This document shows positions 12,380 to 25,260 of a DNA stretch of 64,000 nucleotides, piece by piece. The notes below the pieces were generated by a model, which saw only the letters and a list, made by a program, of their open reading frames with translations, made no database searches and had not been told where the DNA came from. Position 1 is the stretch's first letter. Every line of letters begins with the position of its first letter. Where the stretch lies: NCBI RefSeq assembly GCF_009834535.1, contig NC_045696.1, positions 11,782,001 to 11,846,000 of the forward strand, in the 5' to 3' direction. Origin of the DNA: Camelus ferus. Lineage: Eukaryota. Made by a program: the position numbers and the translations under genes.

Positions 12380-13493
12380 GCAGGTCAGTCAAGTAGAAAC
12401 AAAATTCATTTATGAAACAAGTTCTTCTTTAGTTTTTAAAATGATGCTGATACAATCAAGGTAAGCATACTGTTTTATGCACAGATATTTCATTCCATGT
12501 GACCCACTTCTGCAAAGCACCTGGTAGTCCTGTTTTGTACACAGTTTCTCTTTGGGATAAGAGCCAGTGTTTATTACATGAAACAGTTTTTTTGTTTTGT
12601 TTTGTTTTTTGAGCAGGAGGCATTATTTTGTCTTTTACTAGCTGGCTATTAGAAGCAACTTACAATAATAGTCAAGCTCTTTATTTCCAATCAGGAACTA
12701 TCTTGGAGTGGCGATTGGGGGAAAATAGTTGTGAGCCTTTTATCTTTCCATCACCTAGCCAAAGAAAAATATATGGGGGAAAATGTCTGGGTATCTACAA
12801 TTTGTGATTTTTTTTTCAGTTACTAATCTGTATGTTAGGAAATTGGGGTTTGACCTCCCCCCATCAAAAAAAAAAAGGAAAATCATTTGCAGTAACAGGG
12901 ATTCCAAGAGCCTGGAATGTTGCTTCCTGCAAGTTTTGAGATGATAAAAGCAACACTTGTTTTAGAAGGAAAAAAAGATACAAATAATAATATGAATGCT
13001 GGGAAGAATGAATAACGCAGCTATTGAAAGGCACCTGTAGGCAGAGCTGAGTTACAGACATGGAATACTTTGGAATATTCAGAATGCTGTGAGAAAAGGG
13101 CTCTTTTCCCAAGCTGGGGTGTCTCCACCTCATACCCTGGACATGGCACCCCCCACCCCCTTCCCAGAGCTCCTACAATTTTTTGATCCTAAAGCTCCCT
13201 AATCAGTATTGTCCTTCACTCTCAGGCTTTTAAAAGAAGCACTTAGACATCTCAATAACACATTTCCCCACCTCATTTTCAAAAGGAAGAGAAGAAACAT
13301 TTCTGAGGAGAGAGGACACCTTTTCAGTGACCCTTCTTTGGTTGTAACCAACCAAAGAATTCAGTTCTATCCAACAAAGAGATACGCCGCTAGGAAAACT
13401 GACCCAAACACGATGGGAAAGGCTGATTCCGAGTACTCAGCTGTTGTGTGTTCCTTCTGCACCGTGTGGAAGACGTGGTGGGGAGGCGGTACT

Positions 13494-13897
13494 TGCTATG
13501 GGCTGAGTTGTGCCCCCACCCCAACTTCCCGTGTTGAAGTCCTAACCCTCAGTCCCTCAGAATGTGACTGTTGGGAGATGGGGCCTTTCAAGAGGTGGTT
13601 ACACTAAAATCGGGTCCTTAGCATGGGCCCTAATCCAGTCTGACTGGTGTCCTGACAAGAAGGGATCAGGTCAGAGAGGGAACATCGGGGATGCTTGCAC
13701 CCAGAGGAAAACCTGTGTGAGGACGAAGTAAGAAGGTGGCCATCTGCAAGCCAGGGAGAGCGATCTCAGAGGAAACCAACCCTGCCTGCACCTTGATCTC
13801 AGAGTTCCAGCCTCCAGAACAGGGAGAGGATCCGATTCCGTTGTGTAAGCCCGCCCACCGGCAATGCCTCGTTAGAGCAGCTCGAGCAAAGTCAAAT
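13494..13897 (+). mobile_element. ERVL-MaLR solo LTR (MLT1B-like)
   Basis: TGCTATGGGCTGAGTTGTGCCCC...GTTGAAGTCCTAACCC...GAAGGTGGCCATCTGCAAGCCA. Confidence 0.88.
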
Positions 13898-15409
13898 GCT
13901 AATACCCCCATCGAAGACACGCTGGTTGTGGCTTAGCAGCAGCCCAAATGGATACTCTCGGTTTGCAGCATGGAAGCCTGGGGCTGGCTCCTGCCTCACA
14001 CTCAGCGTTGCTCTTCCAGGCCTGGCGGTCAGTTTTCAATTCCTTCTCCCCGCCTTGGCCTCTCTCACTCTGCACCTTGAAGCCTGGGGAAGCCATGGTT
14101 TCTCTGTCTTTGCATTTCTCCCTTCCTTCAGCCCCAGATGTTACAGAGCACAGAGCAGGCAGTTTTCAACGCTAAATCAGGGCTTGTCTCTAATCAGTGC
14201 ACATTCTTAAACCTCCCAAAAAAGTAAAGATGACTATCCTGGCCCCACCTGAGAAGGTAGGATGGCGGATCAGGAGAGGGAATGAGATTCCTGCAGACGC
14301 TCAATCCTATATTTGATTCCTCCAAAACTGACTCATCTTCCGCCTCTGGGAAGACGCTGGGCTGGGCCATGGGAAGTGAGGATAATGGAGCTATCATCGC
14401 GAGGAGCAGTGTGAGCTGCCCGGTTCCTTCTAATACAACGTGATGAGCATGATACACCTGGGAAGATGGAGTGACGGATTCTGTCTGGGAGGCTGGGGAA
14501 CCCGCGGCGTGGGAAGTAACCGGAGATTCCATCTGGGGGAATGACGCATTAGCTCTCCGACCTCAGCGAATCTCTCAACCTCTTTACCGCTTAAATGGAG
14601 ATTATAGAACATGTTTTGGGAAGTTGACTGATGTGATTATTAAATGAAAAATTGAATTAGAAACTACATGATGCAATGCCTCACACCTTGTGGGTGACCA
14701 GTAACCACCAGGAAGAAGAGAGTCCCTCAGAGGAGATGATGGCCCAGCCTGAACTTGAACGGTGAGCAGGAGGACACTGGACAGAGGAGAACTGGAACGG
14801 AAAGAGGTATTCCGGCAGAGGGCCAGGCAGAAAAAAGATGCTGTTTCAAGGGAGCCCTGGGTTACCCCACGTAGATGTTAGGAGTATTGTGGGAAATCAG
14901 AAGGGTAGGATGGGTCTTCAGGGCCAGGTGAAATAAGTGGTCTTTATTTTTAGCAGAGAGACGTCTCCAGAAAGTGAGTGGTGGAGGGGTAGAAACTGGA
15001 GATGGAGGAGGAAGGGTTAGGGTCACTCCAAGGGGTAGGGTGACTCCAAGCTGCCTCCCATTTTTCCAGCCTGGGCATTGCCTCCGCAGATGGTAAGGCC
15101 AGAAACTGACCTGGGAAACAAGAGAGAAGTTTAGTGGGACTTGTTTGCTGTTGTTTGGTGAAGGTGATGGAGTAGTTACAGTGAGATGGTGGACATGTGA
15201 AGTCCATGAGGCTTCCTTGGGTCTCTAGGGAGAGATGCTTAGTGACCTTGTCCAAAAAGAGTCTAGCTTTTTGTAAGTGAGTCAGGGATGCATGTGTGTC
15301 TAACATGGGATGAGTACTGTTCTAAGGTTTCACGCCATCAACTCGTCCAGTCCTCATCGCACCCCTGTGAGATGGGCAGTATCATGAGCCTCCTTTTACA
15401 GATGAGAGC

Positions 15410-15826
15410 TGTGATGGACTCACTTGTGTCTGTCCATCACCCCCCGCACCCCTCCCCCCAAATTCATATGTTGAAGCCCTAACCCTCAGTGTGACTGTTT
15501 GGAGATAGGGCCTTTTAGGAGGTTACATGAGGTCATCAGGGTAGGGGCCTAATCTAACAGGGCTGGTGTCCTCATAAGAAGAGACACGAGACATCTCTCT
15601 CAGCATGTGCACAGGGGAAAGACCATGCAAGGTCGCAGCAAGAAGGCAGCTGTCTGCGAGCGGGCAAGAGAATTCTCACTAGAAACCAACCCAGATGGCA
15701 CCATGATCTTGAACTTCTAGTCTCCTGAACTGTAAGAAAATGAATTTCTGTAATTTATTTTAAAATAAAATAAATGTTTAAGTTAGTCTGTAGTATTTTG
15801 TTATGGCAGCCAAAGATGACGAATAC
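15410..15826 (+). mobile_element. ERVL-MaLR solo LTR (MLT1A-like) inserted in a MIR
   Basis: CCCCAAATTCATATGTTGAAGCCCTAACC...TTGTTATGGCAGCC; MIR halves at ~15320-15408 and ~15830-15935. Confidence 0.85.
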
Positions 15827-15965
15827 GATGCCAATTCAGCACATAGACATGAAGTCACCTGCCCAAGGTCACACAGCTGGGAAGGAACAGAGGCAAAATT
15901 TGATTTAGGGCAGAATCTTTGCTTTTAACCACTAGCCTCTTTGCCTTTAACTACTGCCTCTCTAG

Positions 15966-15968
<3 letters not shown>

Positions 15969-16028
<60 letters not shown>
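15969..16028. repeat. (GT)30 microsatellite
   Basis: Perfect 60-bp run. Confidence 0.98.
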
Positions 16029-16030
<2 letters not shown>

Positions 16031-17140
16031 GGGCAACATCTCCACGTGGATGGAGAGAAAATGGAGCTGTCACCTTATTCTGAGAGGAGAGGTTGATTTC
16101 TGGGGCTCCACCGCACCAGTTTGCCTTCCTGGGAGGCCTAGTGACTTTTCGCTGAGGCAGCATGGCCATGTTCCAAGCTTCTCCATCCCATTCTGTTCAA
16201 CTGGGGAGGATGACACTTCTGTAGAATGGAGACTAAACGTGTGGTATGAGGCAGGTGGGGATGCAGACACAGGCTCTGGCATGCCCTGTCTGTCACACCT
16301 GGCCCAGGGGCCGGAGGAGGGGGGAAGGGTGGGGGAGACTGAGTGGTCCTCACCCTCACTGGGCCGGCAGGAAGGGTGGAAGTTGCGTGTAAGTGAAGAG
16401 AGAATCCAACAGGATACGATCTGGTAAGTCATCCAGAGACCTGCTATCTTACGGTGGTTATAGTTAGAGATGAATTGAAGATCAAACTGGGGCAGGTGGA
16501 GGCAGAAAAAAAGGGAATCAAACCTGTTTTCCCTTGGAGACCCACGAGTGTGTTCCTGGTCATCATTTTTGATTACTAGCTCTTTCCCCTCAAAACACAT
16601 TTTGAGGAGGGTTTTTTCTTTTTTTCCTTTTTTTTTTTTTTTCCCGGTTGTTTGTTTGTCCCCTTGCCTTGAAGTTTCTGAAATATTCCACAGCTCTGTC
16701 CCTGCCAATTCTGCAGAAGTGTTGCTGTTGCTCAGAGCCTGTTCGCAGCCAAGTGGGAGAGTTTCTCCACAAACTGCCATTTCAGTGAAAACACAGAAAA
16801 TAAAATGCAACCAAGCACATTGCAAAGAGGAGGCAGTGCTGGGCTCCTTGGCTGTGGTGTGACCTGGTCTGCCAGCCCTGCCTCTCTGACCTTGTCTTTG
16901 TATTGCTGGGCATGTTAGTTTGCATACTGAGGCTTCCTTGGTCTTTTCTCTGTAATTGAAGGCTTGTCATGACTGCAAAAATGTCCAAGCTTCCTCAGCC
17001 CCCTTCTGAGCCCTCTTTCACCCCACCCCCAACATCTGTCCTCAGGGAAGAAAGCCTTGGTTAAACTAACTCTCTTCCTAAGAAGCTGTCTTTAGGATTG
17101 TCATTCCTCCCTGGTGACTTTGCATTTTCCAAGGGGGCTG

Positions 17141-17302
17141 ATGTGCTTCTCAGACACTGTGTGCCGATGAATCACCTGAAGCTTTTACCATGATGGAGAT
17201 CCAGGTTCAGTGTGTCTGGGTTGGGGCCGCCCTGAGACCCTGCATTTCTGACACTGGGCAGTGGTGTTGCTGCTGGTCTGCGGACTGTGCTTTGAGTAGC
17301 CT
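17141..17302. mobile_element. MER5A-like MITE
   Basis: GAATCACCTG...TCTGGGTTGGGGCC...TGCATTTCT...GCTGCTGGTCTGCGGACTGTGCTTTGAGTAGC. Confidence 0.7.
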
Positions 17303-17358
17303 GGCTGTAGAGGAACACTGAATAGTTGAATGGTTGTAAGAAACACTATCGGAATGGA

Positions 17359-17864
17359 TGCAGTCAGGATTCTGCAAAGAAACCAACTGATAGAAGATAC
17401 CTATATTTATGTAGATAGAGATAGAAATAGATACATGAAGAGATTTATTATAAGAAACTGGTTCATGTGACTATGGAGGCTGAGGGGTCCCAAGATCTGT
17501 AATTGGCAAGCTAGAGACCCAGGAGAGCCGATGGTGTAAGTTTCAGTCTGAAGTTCCAGCAGGCTTGGACCCAAGAAGGGCCGATATTTCAGTTTGAGTC
17601 TGAAGGCAGGAAAAGACCGATGTCCCAGCTCACATCCTCAGGCACGAGGAACAGGAGGGTCAACCTTTTGGTTTTATCCAGGCCTTCAACTGATTGAGTA
17701 AGGCCCACCTGCATTAGCATGGGCTATCTACTTTACTCAGTCTACTGATTCAAACATTAATCTCATCCAAAAACACCCTCACAGACACACCTAGAATAAT
17801 GTTTAACCAAATGTCTGGGCACCCCATGGCCTAGCTAAGTTGGCACATAAAATGAACCCTCACA
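17359..17864 (-). mobile_element. ERVL solo LTR (MLT2-type)
   Basis: GAGATTTATTATAAGAAACTGGTTCATGTGACTATGGAGGCTGAG...AAACACCCTCACAGACACACCTAGAATAATGTTTAACCAAAT...CATAAAATGAACCCTCACA. Confidence 0.9.
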
Positions 17865-18190
17865 GGATGGGAGTGTGAATCCTCCTCTGGGGTCTTCATA
17901 GCCCCTGCGTTGTCCTTACTCGTCCTAGAACTCTCTAGTGAGAATACCCAGGTGTGTCCCATCACAAGGTCAGTGTTCACTGCCGCACTGCATGTCCAAG
18001 ATCTCAAGGGCTTCCCTCTACAGAACACCTGGCCTCACCCCATCTTTTCTGGTATGTAAAGGACAAATACTATTTTACCTTTATTAGGTAACCCCTTAAT
18101 TTAGTTGTACTGAGTGCCTGCTGTGTGAAAGGTACAAACTAGAGGGCCAGGAGGACCAAGGATGAGACACTAGAGTCGAAAGGGTGTGGT

Positions 18191-18362
18191 AGGGACAGGC
18201 TAATTTGTGAGGCCCAGAGCCAAATGAAATTTTCAGGATCCTTTTTCAAAAATTAGGAGTTTTAAAGACAGCGATATCAGAGCAATAAACCCAGTATGGG
18301 GCCCTTCTGAGTGTGAGACCCTGTGGGATTTCATGGGTCAGATGCTCTTGAAGCTGGTCCTG
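18191..18362. mobile_element. MER45A-like hAT-Tip100 MITE
   Basis: TAATTTGTGAGGCCCAGAGCCAAATGAAA...CAGAGCAATAAACC...GGGGCCCTTCTGAG...TGAAGCTGGTCCTG. Confidence 0.75.
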
Positions 18363-18485
18363 GGTGTTGGGAAAGGAGGAAGGAAAGTAGGCAGAGCTGG
18401 AAACAATATGGTGGAAGGAAGGGAAGGAGAGTCAGCTCAGGAGCCAAATGGAAATGCTGGGGTATTGATTTGTGCCTCTTTTTGT

Positions 18486-18586
18486 CCCCTTCCTTCCTTC
18501 CTTCCTCCCTCCCTCACTTCCTTTCTTCCTTCCTTCCTTCCTTTCTTCCTTTCCTTCCTTCCTTCTTTTTTCTTTCTTTCCTTCCT
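18486..18586. repeat. (TTCC)n/(TTTC)n polypyrimidine tract
   Basis: ~100 bp imperfect tetranucleotide run. Confidence 0.92.
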
Positions 18587-18682
18587 ACAAGGCATTTTAC
18601 CACTGTTCATGAAATAATGTGTTCATAATCCACTATGTGTGTCATTCCACAGATACTTATAAATTATACCAGTTTGTATCAC

Positions 18683-19292
18683 TTTATTTTTTCCTTTTAA
18701 TTTTTTAATTGAAGTATAGTTGATATACAATATTATATTAATTTCAGGTGTGTACATAGTGATTCAGCATTTATATACAATACAAATTGATCAGCAGGTA
18801 AGTCTAGTAACCATCTGTCACCATACAAAATTATTACAATATTATTGACTATATTCCCTTACATTACATCCCCATGATTTGTTTAGTTTTTAATTGGAAG
18901 TTTGTATATCTTAATCCTCTTTACCTACTTCACCCAGCCTATTTTCTTTGGCAACCACATGTTTGCTCTCTGTATCTATGAGTCTGCTTCTGTTTTGTTT
19001 TGTTTGTTCATTTGTTTTGTGTTTTAGACATAGAGGTCAAAGTATTTGTCTTTGTTTGACTTATTTCACTTAGCATAATACTCTCAAGGTCCATTCATGT
19101 TGTCCCTCATGGCAAGATTTCATTCTTTTTATTGCTGAATAATATTCTATTGTCTATCTTTACCACCTTTTCTTTATCCATTTATCCATTGATGGACACT
19201 TAGGTTGTTTCCATTTCTTGGCTATGGTAAATAATGCTGCAGTGAACATGGGGGTGCAGGTATCTTTTTGAGTTAGTGTTTTTGTTTTCTTA
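18683..19292 (-). mobile_element. L1 3' end
   Basis: T-rich tail, AATTGAAGTATAGTTGATATACAAT...TTGATGGACACTTAGGTTGTTTCCAT. Confidence 0.92.
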
Positions 19293-20005
19293 TGTCTTTT
19301 TTTCATTCCTGTTGCAGTGGTGGCTAGAGTCAGAATCCTGTTACTAAGGCTGTCCTCTGTGGTTGAGGGTGGGGTGGTAGTCCAAAGTTGGGGGCGGGTA
19401 GTGGTTATGAATACCCAGGCCAGGTTTGGTTTAAAAGTGGTCTTCTAGCTGTTTCTCAGAATACACAGGAAAGTTCTAGAGGAGTGAACCTCAGACGAAA
19501 ACCATCCCAGGAATGGCCTCCTGGAACTAGAAGGCAGAGTTTCCACTTTCCCTGAACCTCTGTCAGGGTCTTGGTATTCATTTGTGATGTGGCCAAGTGG
19601 TTAGAGAAAAGCCCAGGAAGGTAAAAAACAGAGGTCTCTGCCGGTAAGATCTGACTAACTAGAATTTTCTCATTCTAGGTTTTAACTCATACATCGACTA
19701 ACCCTTGAGGCGAGTAATGGAATTGAAGGGTCTTGGCAAGAGATCGGGGATGAATCAGAGTCATCTCATCAACTCATCAACAACCGCTTTGGAAAATCGC
19801 TCTCATCTCTCTCCTGGTGGGTCCGGAGTAAATGATAACTCAACCACTGAGTGCTTTTGCTGTAAATATTTCTGGAACACATACAGTGTGTAAGGTCCTG
19901 GAGAGTAAAATGTCTCCTTAAGGAGCTTAAATTTAGATGGAGACAAAGTGCACTAGTGCTTCCCTCTCTGCATGAGTGAAGCCCTGATGGAGATGTGTGT
20001 GTGTG

Positions 20006-20301
20006 TTTAATTGAAGTACCGTCAGTTACAATGCATCAATTTCTGGTGTGCAGCACAATGTCCCAGTCATGCATATACATACATATATTCGTTTTCATAT
20101 TTTTTTACTAAAGGTTATTACAAGATATTGAACATAGTTCCCTGTGCTATACAGAGGAAACTTTTTAAAAATCTATGTCTATATATAGTGGCTAACATTT
20201 GTAAATTTCCAACTCCCAAATTTATCCCTTCCCACCCCCTTTCCCTGTAACCATAAGATTGTTTACTATGTTTGCAAGTCTGCTTCTGTTTTGTAGATGA
20301 G
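20006..20301 (-). mobile_element. L1 3' UTR fragment (lineage-specific)
   Basis: AATTGAAGTACCGTCAGTTACAATG...GGTTATTACAAGATATTGAACATAGTTCCCTGTGCTATACAG. Confidence 0.9.
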
Positions 20302-21269
20302 GATAGGTGTATTTTTAATAAGCTGCCTCACGTCCTTTCTTAAAAGAGGACACCCACAAATAAATGACAGAAAAGAAAATAAGCGGTGGGGAACACACGA
20401 GGCTGATTCATTCATCCTGTAAATTTTTACCGAATACTTACTATGTGCTAAGCATGGTTCTGGACAGCAGGATTAACGCCGGAAACCAAACAGACCACCG
20501 CCCTGCCCTCAGGGGGCATCTGTCCCGATAGAAGACCAGGTAGGAACAGAAGCTGCACAGGGTGAGAGAGGAAGGTGTGGGCTCATCCCTTGTTGGAGGA
20601 GAAAGTGAGGAGAGCCGTTTGCTGTGACTTAGCTATGATGGTGTTTAGTGAGGCTTTCAGTAATTGATGGGGAATAAAATGTTGATTCATAGTTGAAGTT
20701 GGGTCCATGAACTAGAAATATAATTTCTGCTGGTTCTCCTATCCTAAACCCTTATTTCTGCCTTTAACCACTCGATTTTTTCCCTTCATGCCAATGCATG
20801 TTCTTTTTAGATGTCAACAGTGCCCTCAGGAGATGGGACGCCAGATGGCATTTGTCTGTGTTTTAATCAAAACGCCCTGTTCTCTTTGCCATGCGTGAAG
20901 CAGCAGCATTCCGTGCTGAGCAGAGATGAGAAACAGCACAGAAACCTGTAGAACCTTTTCAGGATTTCGAGGGCAAGAAATGTACCCAAAGGCTAGGTCA
21001 GCCTAATTCCATTAACTTCAGTGGCAGCACCTTGATTATGGGAACAAAGCCTCCCTCAGTCAGCCCTGGGCGGATTCTATGAGGTAAAGTCCAGATGGGT
21101 TGAGGTAGGTGGGGCTCAGGGAGAGAATGATTGACAGGGTTGGACCACACGGGGGTGGGGGTGGGGTTGAGGTTGTGGGTATTTCCTATGTTCCCATTTC
21201 CCTTTCATGGGCAGGGCTAAGCATTTCTCTTCTATCATCTCATTCAGGGTTTTCAACCACTTAATGAAA

Positions 21270-21545
21270 TGTTATTGTCCCATTCTAAAGATGAGGCAAC
21301 TGTGGTTCAGAGAGTTTAGCTAACTTAGCTAAACCCAATAGCTAACTTTTATGAGTGCACATTATGTGCTGTGCGGTACCTCTTTTTAATCCTCTCAACA
21401 TCCTTATGGATTAGGTGGTATTACTCTTGTTTTACAGAATGAGAAAGTGAGGCTTATGCAAGATTAAGTAACCTGCACAAGGCTGTGGAGCTGGAAAGCA
21501 GTAGAGTTTGGATTCAGCCCAGCCAGTCTAACTCCAGGGTTCTGC
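21270..21545 (-). mobile_element. MIR fragments (two adjacent)
   Basis: CCCATTCTAAAGATGAGGCAACTGTGGTTCAGAGA and TTTTACAGAATGAGAAAGTGAGGCT cores. Confidence 0.7.
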
Positions 21546-22194
21546 GCTTTTTGGATTTCTTAGAAGCAGAAAGAGCTATGCCCAAGGCAATCAGATGGCC
21601 ACTCTGAGGACTCATCTGAAGCTCACCTTGCAACAATGTTACCACCTTAAAAGGAGGGCCATGATGGCAGTAGCCCTCAGAGAGCGAGAGAAAGAATAAT
21701 TTTTTTTGGGGGGGGTGGTTTGCAAGCAACAGAAACTCACTATATTATTTAAATATATTTTCAGCTGCTGTATCAGAGACCCAAGTATAAGAGGCATAAT
21801 AAAACAAAGATTTATTTCTCTGACATGCAACAGTCTTAGTGTTAGGATACAAGGGTGTGTGTGTGTGTGTGTATTTTTTTTCGTATATATTCCCCTTCCA
21901 AGATGGTGGCTTGTAATAGGTTAAGAAATTGCTCTTTCTCCTGGGATGAAAAGCTTCACAAAGGAATGGCTCTCCATTGAGAAGCATGGGCAAGGTCTTG
22001 GCTGAGATGAGGTCATTTTTTGAAAGAGTGTCTTTTGGAAAATCTCTCAAACTTCACTCAACATTCCTGCCATACCCATTATGGAACTTGGTGGACACAT
22101 CACCCAGAGGTCTACTATCCTAACCATTCTTCTCAAACTGATGTTTTAGAAACACTTCAGATCTTCAAAGCTCTTACTTCTCTTTTTGCTCCTC

Positions 22195-22820
22195 TATAAT
22201 TCATTGCTTAAATATTTTTGAGTGCCCCAAATGTACCAAGTACTGTGCTAGGTGCTGGGATACAGGAGAGAACAAGATAGCTAAGGATCTGGATCCAGTG
22301 GAGTGCTGTGCTGGTGGTGGAGACCATAATTAACTGGGATTGCAGCCTCCTTTAATACAGGAGTTGGTGGGATCATGGTGGGGAGGAGATATGGGTATAT
22401 AACCTTAACTGGATACAGGAGGTTTTCAGCATCTACAGGACTGTCTGCTGCAGTTGGAGTTTGGCAAGAGTCTATTGCACAAATGCGTTGGTTGCTAAGC
22501 TGTAATCTGGAGAATGGGTGGGAATTAGTCAAGTGAGGGGAAAGTTTGGGGGTGGGATGGAGGACTGGGGTGGGTTCTGGGCCAAAGGAGGAGACCCAGA
22601 AGTGAGAGAGCAAAATGAGATTTTTCTGTTTAGAAGGATGATTCCACAAAGTGGAGAGCAGGTTTCAGGAGGTGAGGCCTGGGATAGAAAGAGATGAGGC
22701 CTTTGATGTGGCCTGGGGAGAGAGGACTGGGAGGAGGGCATGGATTTGGGAGTTAGGCTAGAACAGATGGGAGAAGGAGGAGGGAGAAGTCAAGGGTGAC
22801 TTTCCGTTTTCCAGTTTAGT
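22195..22820 (-). mobile_element. L2 LINE 3' fragment
   Basis: AAATATTTTTGAGTGCC...ACTGTGCTAGGTGCTGGGATACA (L2 3' end) followed by purine-rich L2-like body. Confidence 0.65.
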
Positions 22821-24029
22821 TTCACCCTCTTTGACACAGGCAATTCTTTTTGCAGTTTCCTTTTGTTTTCAACTAGATAACTCTGGGATGGCTCAGGCCT
22901 CCCCAGCCCCTCAGGATGAAAGGGTCCACCAGGTCAGGCTGCAATGCATATTCACCCCAGCCTTTGTTCTTAAAGGTGGTGTCCAAAGCTCGTAAGGTGA
23001 GGGGGACTCACTGGCGGGTGTGGGGAAGAGATTTCATTAGTCTCTCCTGTCAGCGTCCCTTGTCCCTCACAACCTTGCGAAAGGTAAATCCGTTTCCAGA
23101 TTTTACAGAAGAAACCGGGAGGTCTACGTGAACCTAGCACGAGTCGCGTACTGCCCAGTAGGTGAATGTGAGACTGTGATTTCAAGTGTACTTGCTGTAC
23201 AAGGTGAGTCAGCCCGGTGAGTCTTGCACTCCCCAGGATCCGGTTAAGGCCACCGTGCCCGACCTGGAGCTTGGTTAGCGCCTAACACAGTCCCCACTCC
23301 CGCCTCCTCCCCAGCAGCATCCATAGGAAGGGATTACGTTAGCGTTTTTTTTTCCTAGTAAAAGTTCCTGTCTCCCCTTAGAGTCAGGCACACGCCTCCA
23401 AAGCCAGACCACGTGTCTCAGGTACAACTTTTTTTTTTTTTTTTCCGGTCTTCCCCTCCCCCGTTCCGTTCCCCTTTCCTCTCTGCCTTAGGTGGCAGGA
23501 AAATCCTTTACCTCCGACCAATCCCACTGATGCCGAGCCGCGCGCGCGCGCCAACTCAAGCTCCTTCTCTCTACGTCATTGGCCACCTCCACCTATGCAC
23601 AGTGACAGGCAGTTTCGCGGGCCTATTGCGGGAGGAGGCGGAGGCCGCTCGGCCCTCCCAGAGCTGCTTTGTTAGGGGCTTCCTCGCTGTTCCCCAGCCT
23701 GTCGCGCCTCAGCTGCCTGCCCCTGCTCTCCTCAGCCCGCTCCGCCGGAGCCTCGTGGGAAAGCAGTCCCGGCGAGCGTGGTGCAGGCATCTCTTCAGCC
23801 GCGCGCCCAGGGTCGGGATGCAGCCCGTGTACCCAGCGTGCGCCTGTTGTCACTTTTGAGCCCAACTCTGAACGCCCCGCTCCTGTATCCGCCATCTCTG
23901 ATTGGTCGGTCGGAGGCGGAGCGATTGTCAGGTGGCCCAATCAGAGCTCGGTTTCCCACGGGCTCCCTAGGCCCCGCCCCCGAGGCCGCCGGCCGAGGCA
24001 CCCTGACAGCTCCCATTGGCAGACGGCGA

Positions 24030-24183
24030 GCGGGCCGGAGCGCTGCCGGGCCGAGCAGCGCCGCCGCCGTCGGGCGCTCAGCTCTGCAGCGCCGCGAACG
24101 CCTCGGCGCCCGCAGCCCCTGGAGCCCGGCGGCCCCGCATTGTTTCTGGCCCCGTGGAGGAGATCCCGGGACTAGCGTCGGGG
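24030..24183 (+). other. Putative non-coding first exon (5' UTR); start approximate
   Basis: Lies just downstream of a CCAAT/GC-box cluster, is very GC-rich, has no ATG and ends at the consensus donor GGG|GTGAGT (GT at 24184-24185). Confidence 0.6.
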
Positions 24184-25260
24184 GTGAGTACGGGTGGCCT
24201 AGGGAGCGCAGGCCGGCTGGTCGGAGCCGCCCCGAGGGACGGCGGTGAGGACGCCCGGAACCCTTCTGTCCGTGACGGGCACGTCCTGACCCCCGTCTCC
24301 CGCACACTGGGGCTCCCGGTGGGTCCTAGCTCCCCCCGATTGGGTTTTACTCGTATTGTTTTCTCGTTTCCACACTTGGGAGGTGGGGAGCTGGCGGGGG
24401 GAGGCAAGGGGACACATCTCTCGCTCGAGGGAGCAGTCGGGGAAGAGGAGAGCCAGTGGCGCCCGGGTGCCCGGCGCCGAATGGAAGTGACAGTGTCCAG
24501 GCGTTGGCTATTTGGTCTTCCCGGCAGCAGGAGGTCAGCCGTGACCCGCGGTAGCCACGATACTTTGTATTTGTCGGCTGATTTTTATCAACTTCGGGGA
24601 GGGCGTGCATGTGCTTGCATGTGTGTCTGTGTGTCTCCATCCCTGACTTGGGCACCTCCAGGCCTGGGTTTTCGGCGATGCTGCCTGGGCGCTCACCTTG
24701 GCGATCGGTACCACGCTCGGGACAGGACACACGGAGGGGAGAGCCCGGGGGTCGGCACACAGGGCCAGAGACCCGCGGCAGACCTGGGAGAGGGCATTTA
24801 AAGCGGCCTCCTGCGCGCGCGCAGACAATGACTGGTCCCGGCTCGGGGTCCTGAGGGCCGTGTGTTGGGTCCCGCACCGGATCTGAATCCCGCCTCCCTT
24901 TCTCGTGGGCTCCGCGGCTCGGATGCTGCAGGGCCGAGCTGTTCATCGCCCCGCGGGAGACCCGCGTGGGGCCCGCTTTTGTTTACAGACCTAGCCATTG
25001 GGCGAGAGCTGCGCGTTGCGCTCCCCCAGCCCCGGCCGCGGCCGCGCGCCCCCTCCAATCTGGGAGAAGTTGGTGCGTGCTGTCAGGTGACGCCCCCTCC
25101 CCGGGCCTCCTGGCGTGATGCTGCAGGGAAAAGACGCCCAGACGGCGCCTTCGCGCCCAGTCTCCGCTGCCCTCGGCGCCCCCAGACCCCTCCACTCAGA
25201 GGCCCTCTCAGATTGGCGGCCGTCGGGGCGCTGACTGAGCCACTCTCACCTCCCTTCCAG

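Noticed and set aside
16070..16825. 251-aa ORF on the - strand
   Set aside because: No recognisable domain; includes a poly-Lys stretch from a T-run; no exon or promoter context.
24030..24183. Assigning a gene symbol to the CpG-island gene
   Set aside because: Only non-coding 5' sequence is present and I cannot recognise it reliably; a BLAST or synteny search is needed.
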